Source of the DNA: Desulfovibrionaceae bacterium CG1_02_65_16
GTDB taxonomy: Bacteria > Desulfobacterota > Desulfovibrionia > Desulfovibrionales > Desulfovibrionaceae
DNA length: 64,000 nt
Assembly (NCBI GenBank): GCA_001871085.1
Contig: MNUQ01000113.1
Coordinates: 11,608 to 75,607, forward strand
Direction: 5' to 3'
Under the pieces are notes generated by a model. The model ran no database searches, had not been told where the DNA came from, and was given only the letters and a program-made list of their open reading frames with translations. Position numbers and translations under genes: made by a program. Shown piece by piece: positions 58,168 to 64,000 of this stretch (position 1 is the stretch's first letter; each line of letters starts with the position of its first letter).

Positions 58168-61100
58168 CTAGAAGGTGAAGTACCTGCGCAGCAGCGCGCT
58201 GAAGGTTTGCATCCGCGTGTCGGAGCCGCTGGTGTTGCGGTATTCGAACGCCAGCTGCCAGTCCTCGAAGAACTGCATGTCCGCGCCGCCGCCCAGAACG
58301 AGGCTGTTCTTGTCCGTTACGCCCAGGCTGTACTGGTAGTTCGCGCCGGTGGACACTTGGTCTGCATAGGCCATGGCGGCCACGCCGCTGTTGGAGAAGT
58401 CGCGCTGGTATTCAATGCGCACAAACGGTTTGGCCGAGAAGCTCTCACGCTCGTACAGGTAGGAGCTCCGCAGGCCCAGCGCCGCCTTGGTGCTTGAGAT
58501 ATCCTGCTTGAAATAGACCAGGTCGTAAGTTCCCGCACCGCTTTCCGCGCTGCGGTCCAGGTGCGTGGAGGCAAGGTCGAGCCGGACATAGGGGGAAAGG
58601 AGCACCGAGGCGGTCTTGAATTCATAGCCGCCGCCCACCGAGCCGATCCATTGCGTGCCCTTGCGCTGCGACTGGGCGTAGCCGCCCGCGCCAGGCGAAT
58701 ACCGCTGCACGTCGAAGTCCAGGCGGTTCACGCCCACCAGACCGTCCAGGAAGAAGCCATCCAGGGGCTGAAGGCTTCCATAGAGCATCACGCCGTAGCT
58801 GTCCCCGTTGTTTTCCGTGCCGTCGTCGCCGATGGTCTCGTGCTCATGCCCATAGCCGACGCCGATGCCCAGGACCAGCGCGTCGTTGACGCGGAAATCC
58901 GTGCCCATGGAGACGCCCGAGGTGGTGAAGCGCGCGTCGCTGTCATGGCTGTGCCCGATGGTGATGGTGCCGCCCGTCCACACGGACATGCCGATGCCCA
59001 TGGGATCCTCGCTTTTGCTGTCCAGGTTCAGGCTCTTCCAGGGCCAGACGTTTGAGCCGCTCTTGGCGTTCTTGGCCATCGTCAGGAGAATGGAGGTGAG
59101 ATCCCATTTGCCGAGGAGCCCGCCCGTGTCCGTGGCGGCCGCCATGGAGGAGCCCGAGGCGGCCGTCGCGTCGCCGCCTTGTCCCGCGGCGCCGGCGGTC
59201 AGCCCCGGCGCGGTCGTGGCGGTGCGTTTGCCGGCCGACTTGACGCGCGACAGCGTTCCTTTGCCCGCGCCCTGCCCGGATTGGTCCGGTGCCTGCGGCC
59301 GGGCGTGCAGGCTTTCCAGGTGTGTTTGGAAGTTGCTGATCTGCGCCTTGGCGAAGCGGTTGGCCGTGCTCGCCTGGGAGTCAAGTACGCCCTGCACGGC
59401 CGAGTCCTTGGCGGGGTTGATGCGGGCCTGCACGGTGATGGACACCGTTGCGGCGGGGGAAGTGCCGCCGCTGTTGGTGACCGTGTAGGTGAAGCTGTCC
59501 GCGCCGGTGTAATCCGTCGTTGGCGTGTAGGTGATGCGTGCGCCGCTGGCCGTTGCCGTGCCGTGGCTGGCGGCGCTGGCCACGGCGGCGCTGGCGGCCG
59601 CGCCCCCGGTGATGCTCAGGGGGATGACGTTGTTCGTGCTGCCCGCCAGCACCGTGACGCTGACCGCGCCGGCCACGGGCGCTTGCGACGTGACGGTGAT
59701 GCTGACTGTTGCCGCCGCGGAGGTGCCGCCGCTGTTGGTGGCTGTGTAAGTGAAGCTGTCCGTGCCGCAATAGCCGCTTGCGGGCGTGTAGGTGATGCTT
59801 GTGCCGCTGGCCGTTGCCGCGCCGTGGCTGGCCGCGCTGGCCACGGCGACGCTGGTGGCCGTGCCGCCGGTGATGTTGAGCGCAATGGCGTTGGCCGCGC
59901 TGTTGTAGGTCACTGTGGCGCTGACGGCGCCCGCCACGGGCGTCTGCGCGTTCACCGCCAGGGTGTAGCTTTGACTGCCCGTGAAGTGGCTGGCGCTGCT
60001 GTCCGTGGCCGTCACGGTGAAGGAGAACGATCCTTCGGCAGTCGGGGTGCCGGAAAGCACGCCCGCGGAGGAGAGCGAGAGCCCGGCGGGCAGGCTGCCG
60101 CTGGTGACGGCGAAGGTGTAGGGCGAGGTGCTGCCGCTGGCGGTCAGGGTCTGGCTGTAGGCCGTGCTTATGGTCGCGCTGGACAGGCTGGTGGGCGAGA
60201 GGGAGACGGTCGGGCCGGAAACGGTGAAGCTGCGTGTGACCGTTGTGGCCGCGAGGTAGGCGCTGTCCCCCGCCTGATCGGCGTTGATGGTGCAGGTGCC
60301 TGTGTTGACGAAAGTGAGGGCGCCGGCGCCGGTGATGGTGCACACGCCCGTGGTGGATGAGCTGAAGCTCACTGCGAGGCCCGAGGTCGCCGTGGCCGTA
60401 AGCGTGGGCGAGGTGCCGAAGACCTGGGTGCCCGGATTGGCGAAGGTGATGCTCTGGCCGGCCTTTGGCGTCACGCTGGCGGACGCGGCCGAGGCCGCCC
60501 CCGTGCCGACGGAGTTGGCGGCGGTTACCGTGAAGGTGTAGGCCGTGCCGTTTGTCAGGCCGGTGACGGTGATGGGGCTTGTCGCGCCCGTGCCCGTCTT
60601 GCCGCCCGGGCTGGACGTGGCCGTGTAGCCTGTGATGGCCGCGCCGCCGGTGAATGCCGGCGCAGTGAACGCCACCGAAACCTGTTGGTCGCCGGCGATG
60701 CCCGTGCCGATGGTGGGCGCGCCGGGGACCACGGCGTTCACGGCGAAGCTTTGGCTCACCTGGGGCGCGGCGGCGTAGGTGCCGTCTCCCGCCTGGTCGG
60801 CGTTGATGGTGCAGGTGCCGGTGGTGACGAAGGTCAGGGCTCCGCCCGTGGTGACGGTGCACACGCCGGTGGTGGCGGAGGTGAAGCTCACCGTGAGGCC
60901 GGAGCTGGCCGTGGCTGAAAGCGTTGGCGTGGTGCCGAAATTTTGCGCGCCGGGATTGCCGAAGGTGATGGTCTGCGGGCTCTTCACCGCTACGGTGATG
61001 GTGCGGGTGCTGGCGTCCGTGCCGTCGCTCACCCGCACGGCGAAGCTGTCCGCGCCGGTATAGCCGCTGGCCGGGGTGTAGGTGATGGTGCCGCCGGGAG

Positions 61101-62202
61101 TGATGTCCGTGCCGCCGGAACTGGCCGTGGCGCTGCTGATGACGAGTGTGCCGTGGCTTGGGGCCGCGTTTTGGGTCCAGGTGAGCGTCTGGCTGGAATC
61201 GCTGTCGCTTGCGTGCAGCAGGCTCTTCACGTCCGTGGCGCTGGCGTTCTGCAGCACGTTCAAGGTCGTCGTGCCGCCGATGAATGTCGGCACGGTGTTG
61301 CAGGCAGTGGTGGAGAAGGTCGCATCCGCGCCGTTCACCGTTATGGAGCCGGCCGCGCTCACCCTGTAATGGTAGGTTGTGCCGCAGGCAAGTCCTGTCA
61401 ACGCCGCGGAGACCGCCGTGTCGCTGGAGCCGGAAACCGGGCTTTGCGTCGCCGTGGCCGAGCTGCCATAGCCGGTGGTTGTGCCGTAGTCGAAGGTGAC
61501 GGTGGCGCTGTCGCCCGCGGGGTTCACCGTGCCGTTGAGCGTGGCCGTGGTGGCGGTGACGCTCGTGGCGGCGTTGGTGGTGGCGGTCGAAAGGTCATAG
61601 ACGACGTTGTCGATAAAGGGATCGAAGGTTACGTCTGTGCTTGCGGTGATGCGCACCTCGGTCACGCCGGTCCAGGCCGAAGCCGGCGCGTAGGTCCTCC
61701 ACTGGTCGGCAAGGGCTGAGATGGTCACCGGGCCGCTGTTATAGATCGGTGTGGCGCCGTTGTAGCCCTGGAAGGTCACGGAGAGGGACCCGGAATAGTT
61801 GGCGAGGTCGATGCCCTGGAAGTTGAACGCCCCGCCCCCGTTCCTGGTGATGGTGAGCTCGCGTCCGTAGAGGGAGCCGTCATTGGCGGTGATGAGTCCT
61901 GCATTCGTGCCGCCTCCTCTGCCGGCGTCCCCCGCCCAGAGGATATTGCTGATCAGCGTGCGCGAGCCGTCCCGGTAGGTATAGACCAGCGGGTTTATGG
62001 TGGCGGGGTTCGTTCCAGCGTCGTCCAGCGGTGAGCCGGGGTCGTCGGAGAAGGTCTCCGTGGCGGCCCAGACGGCGGCGGGAAAAAGGCCGAGAACCAG
62101 CCACGCTAGGAGCAGGGCGCGCAGCGCGAAATCCAGCCCGCGCGGCCCGCCCGCTCCGGCTTCACGCGCCAGCCCCGCCAAGTGCTGTCTCCGATCGTTC
62201 AC
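58168..62202 (-). CDS. Autotransporter adhesin with Thr/Ser/Ala-rich Ig/FN3/cadherin-like passenger repeats
   Basis: Signal-like N-terminus; repeats 'ITYTP..GY.G.DSF.Y', '[18 protein letters not shown]', FN3 '[15 protein letters not shown]'; C-terminal beta-barrel ending 'RRYFTF'. Confidence 0.9.
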   Translation of the reverse strand: MNDRRQHLAGLAREAGAGGPRGLDFALRALLLAWLVLGLFPAAVWAATETFSDDPGSPLDDAGTNPATINPLVYTYRDGSRTLISNILWAGDAGRGGGTNAGLITANDGSLYGRELTITRNGGGAFNFQGIDLANYSGSLSVTFQGYNGATPIYNSGPVTISALADQWRTYAPASAWTGVTEVRITASTDVTFDPFIDNVVYDLSTATTNAATSVTATTATLNGTVNPAGDSATVTFDYGTTTGYGSSATATQSPVSGSSDTAVSAALTGLACGTTYHYRVSAAGSITVNGADATFSTTACNTVPTFIGGTTTLNVLQNASATDVKSLLHASDSDSSQTLTWTQNAAPSHGTLVISSATASSGGTDITPGGTITYTPASGYTGADSFAVRVSDGTDASTRTITVAVKSPQTITFGNPGAQNFGTTPTLSATASSGLTVSFTSATTGVCTVTTGGALTFVTTGTCTINADQAGDGTYAAAPQVSQSFAVNAVVPGAPTIGTGIAGDQQVSVAFTAPAFTGGAAITGYTATSSPGGKTGTGATSPITVTGLTNGTAYTFTVTAANSVGTGAASAASASVTPKAGQSITFANPGTQVFGTSPTLTATATSGLAVSFSSSTTGVCTITGAGALTFVNTGTCTINADQAGDSAYLAATTVTRSFTVSGPTVSLSPTSLSSATISTAYSQTLTASGSTSPYTFAVTSGSLPAGLSLSSAGVLSGTPTAEGSFSFTVTATDSSASHFTGSQSYTLAVNAQTPVAGAVSATVTYNSAANAIALNITGGTATSVAVASAASHGAATASGTSITYTPASGYCGTDSFTYTATNSGGTSAAATVSITVTSQAPVAGAVSVTVLAGSTNNVIPLSITGGAAASAAVASAASHGTATASGARITYTPTTDYTGADSFTYTVTNSGGTSPAATVSITVQARINPAKDSAVQGVLDSQASTANRFAKAQISNFQTHLESLHARPQAPDQSGQGAGKGTLSRVKSAGKRTATTAPGLTAGAAGQGGDATAASGSSMAAATDTGGLLGKWDLTSILLTMAKNAKSGSNVWPWKSLNLDSKSEDPMGIGMSVWTGGTITIGHSHDSDARFTTSGVSMGTDFRVNDALVLGIGVGYGHEHETIGDDGTENNGDSYGVMLYGSLQPLDGFFLDGLVGVNRLDFDVQRYSPGAGGYAQSQRKGTQWIGSVGGGYEFKTASVLLSPYVRLDLASTHLDRSAESGAGTYDLVYFKQDISSTKAALGLRSSYLYERESFSAKPFVRIEYQRDFSNSGVAAMAYADQVSTGANYQYSLGVTDKNSLVLGGGADMQFFEDWQLAFEYRNTSGSDTRMQTFSALLRRYFTF
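59432..59945 (-). repeat. Tandem duplicated Ig-like (cadherin/Big-type) domains in the autotransporter
   Basis: Two near-identical ~86-aa units 'Q.PVAGAVS.TV...ASHG.ATASG..ITYTP...[21 protein letters not shown]'; DNA similarity is visible. Ends are approximate. Confidence 0.8.
60226..60977 (-). repeat. Duplicated 'Q.ITF.NPG.Q.FG' domains flanking an FN3 domain
   Basis: Both copies contain '[31 protein letters not shown]' (about 60745-60977 and 60226-60457). Confidence 0.8.
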
Positions 62203-62213
62203 TTCCGCGCCCG

Positions 62214-62774
62214 CTATTCTGCCGACCTTGGGGGGTATACGCCCTCGTGGGCGATGCAGAACCGCAGCGCAAGGTACGGCTGCATGTTGTTGTGCGAAGC
62301 TTCTTCGGAATTGTAATACGACAACGAGCCTTCTCCAAGCGTGACACAGTGCTCTATGTCCGAGCTATAGCCATTTGTTGCGAGAGGTTTTTTTTCAGAT
62401 CCCGCTGTGCTGTTGGCAAGCAACATATCGGCGGCGGATGTTTCTTGGTGTGCCGCCTTGTCGTTCATGCCCATTACCCTGTGCGAGTGGGACGGAAAGT
62501 GGTTGGTGAACAGCGCGAAGGTTCTCTCTCCGAGCCGTTGGCCAAGCTGGCGCTCGGTGAGACCGGCTCCCGCGCCCGCCCCAAGAGGGGCGCACCCGCA
62601 TAGGTCCGGCAGGCAGAAGTTCACTCTGCCATCTCCACCAAAGCGGGTACCCAGGAGGGCAAACATGGCGGTATATTTGACGATTTGGAGCGACCGGCCG
62701 TCGCAGTCCAGCCAGCCCTTCGGCGTCGCGCCGAAGGCGAACATGCGGATTTCCCCTATGTATGGCGTTGGCAT
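62214..62774 (-). CDS. Phage tail-collar domain protein (microcystin-dependent protein-like), copy 3
   Basis: '[11 protein letters not shown]...PKGWLDCDG...[16 protein letters not shown]', C-terminal '[21 protein letters not shown]'. Confidence 0.9.
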   Translation of the reverse strand: MPTPYIGEIRMFAFGATPKGWLDCDGRSLQIVKYTAMFALLGTRFGGDGRVNFCLPDLCGCAPLGAGAGAGLTERQLGQRLGERTFALFTNHFPSHSHRVMGMNDKAAHQETSAADMLLANSTAGSEKKPLATNGYSSDIEHCVTLGEGSLSYYNSEEASHNNMQPYLALRFCIAHEGVYPPRSAE

Positions 62775-62795
62775 GAGTTTCTCTCCCTATTCCTG

Positions 62796-63326
62796 TCAGG
62801 CGTTTTGCGGGTAGATCCCGGTCAGGGCGATGCAGAAATTGAGCACCAGGGACGGCTGCATGTTGTCGTGCGGTTTGCTTCCGCCCGTAGGGACCACGGA
62901 ATTGGCGTTCAGGGAACTCGGATTGGTTTTCGAAGGCGGCGTGGGTGAGTACAGCAGCTTTTGATCCGTTTCCGTGGTGGGCATGGCGCAGAGCATGTGG
63001 TCCGACAGCTCCGTCTGCGTCGCTTTGCTTTCCGAGGCGCAAAAACCGTGTGTGTGGGTGCGGACGCAGGACGGCGGATTGACCGATTCCTCGCCGCCGG
63101 ACCGGCCCATGGGTTCTGTCTGCGCCTCCACGCCGAGGGACACTCGCCCACGCAGGTCCGGCAGATTGAAGGTGGTGGCGGTTGAACCGAACGTTCCCCC
63201 CAGCAGGTTCGCCAATTCCGGATACTCGCTTTTGGACAACGCCTGCCCATTGCACGGGGCCCATCCTCGGGGAATGTTCGTGAAGGCGAACACACTGATT
63301 TCTCCGAGATACGGCTGTTCTTCCAT
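62796..63326 (-). CDS. Phage tail-collar domain protein, copy 2
   Basis: GAGGGGAG RBS; 'PYLGEISVFAF..PRGWAPCNGQ...FNLPDLRGR', 'HDNMQPSLVLNFCIALTGIYP'. Confidence 0.9.
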   Translation of the reverse strand: MEEQPYLGEISVFAFTNIPRGWAPCNGQALSKSEYPELANLLGGTFGSTATTFNLPDLRGRVSLGVEAQTEPMGRSGGEESVNPPSCVRTHTHGFCASESKATQTELSDHMLCAMPTTETDQKLLYSPTPPSKTNPSSLNANSVVPTGGSKPHDNMQPSLVLNFCIALTGIYPQNA

Positions 63327-63328
63327 GG

Positions 63329-63871
63329 CTACTCCCCCTCCTGGGCGGGATAGTATCCCTCCAGGGCGATGATGTAGTTGATGCATTGGCAAGGCATCAT
63401 GTTCTGATGAGGATCGGCCGCGCGCTTTCCCACCGGCAAAGTTTCCGAATTCAGCATCGTGTTGGATCCTGCCGCAGGTTTCAGGTACATGTTGAAATTC
63501 ACGCTGTTGGCGAGATAGTTCCCGTTCGGGGAGGCGCTTGTGGCGGTGGTGTCGGCGCTTAACAAAATACGGTGGGTATGGCTTGTGATGTTCTCCTCGA
63601 GGAGTTCGACCTGCTCCTGGCCGAAAGAATTCCCGCAGCTGCGCGGCGTCAGGCCGTGCCCGGCTCCCGTGTGCACAGGCACGCGTCCCCGAAGGTCGGG
63701 AAGCTTGAATGTTGTCTTGCTGTTGAAGCCATAAGTGACGCCGATGAGTGCAAATAGGGCCTGGTAGCTGTCGCGGTCCAGAGAGCTGCCATCACAGAAT
63801 GCCCAGCCCTCAGGGGCATAGGTCCCCGCGAACATTCGTATTTCTCCCAAATACCCGTCGTAGTCGTCCAT
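63329..63871 (-). CDS. Phage tail-collar domain protein, copy 1
   Basis: AAGGAGG RBS; 'YLGEIRMFAG.YAPEGWAFCDG...FKLPDLRGR', 'HQNMMP..INYIIALEGYYP'. Confidence 0.9.
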   Translation of the reverse strand: MDDYDGYLGEIRMFAGTYAPEGWAFCDGSSLDRDSYQALFALIGVTYGFNSKTTFKLPDLRGRVPVHTGAGHGLTPRSCGNSFGQEQVELLEENITSHTHRILLSADTTATSASPNGNYLANSVNFNMYLKPAAGSNTMLNSETLPVGKRAADPHQNMMPCQCINYIIALEGYYPAQEGE

Positions 63872-64000
63872 CGTTTCCTCCTTTAGTGTGGCAAATCCGT
63901 TGCATCGGCCAAGAGGGCTTTCCGTGACGTGCATGTGACGTGTGCGGCAGCGCTGTTTCCCTGTCGCTATGTACCGTTGTGTTCCCAGGAACATCCGATG

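Noticed and set aside
62214-63871. Prophage remnant
   Set aside because: No other phage structural, integrase or lysis genes in the window; the genes are intact with strong RBSs and are operonic with a host autotransporter.

Overview
GC-rich bacterial DNA, most consistent with a Desulfovibrionaceae-type deltaproteobacterium (inferred from gene content and style only). There are five blocks. (1) 1-25.4 kb: a hybrid NRPS/AT-less PKS lipopeptide cluster. The line reads Cstarter-A(Tyr-type code)-T, C-T-E, C-T, C-A(Ser code)-T, KS-DH-KR-ACP, C, then a separate A-[MT]-A(Gln/Glu-like code)-T-TE protein. Two consecutive modules lack an A domain, and an in-frame TAG splits one condensation domain. Flanking genes are a secreted beta-lactamase-fold peptidase, a cyclic-peptide ABC exporter and a divergent KamA-like radical SAM / TEII / Sfp PPTase operon; a SulP transporter follows. 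(2) 28-45 kb: a surface-glycan locus (GT2, msbA-like, WsaF-like GT, AT-rich orphan, pseB-C-F-methylase-G-formyltransferase-I, oxidoreductase/aminotransferase pair). (3) 45-54 kb: a mycobacterial-style polyprenyl-phospho-arabinofuranose pathway (GT-C-like membrane protein, UbiA, GtrA, DprE1/DprE2-like, PAP2-like, plus extra tailoring genes). (4) A treS-maltokinase fusion with a degenerate kinase motif. (5) Three tandem phage tail-collar genes followed by an Ig-repeat autotransporter. No rRNA, tRNA, CRISPR or mobile element was seen. All calls come from reading motifs by eye; no searches were run.
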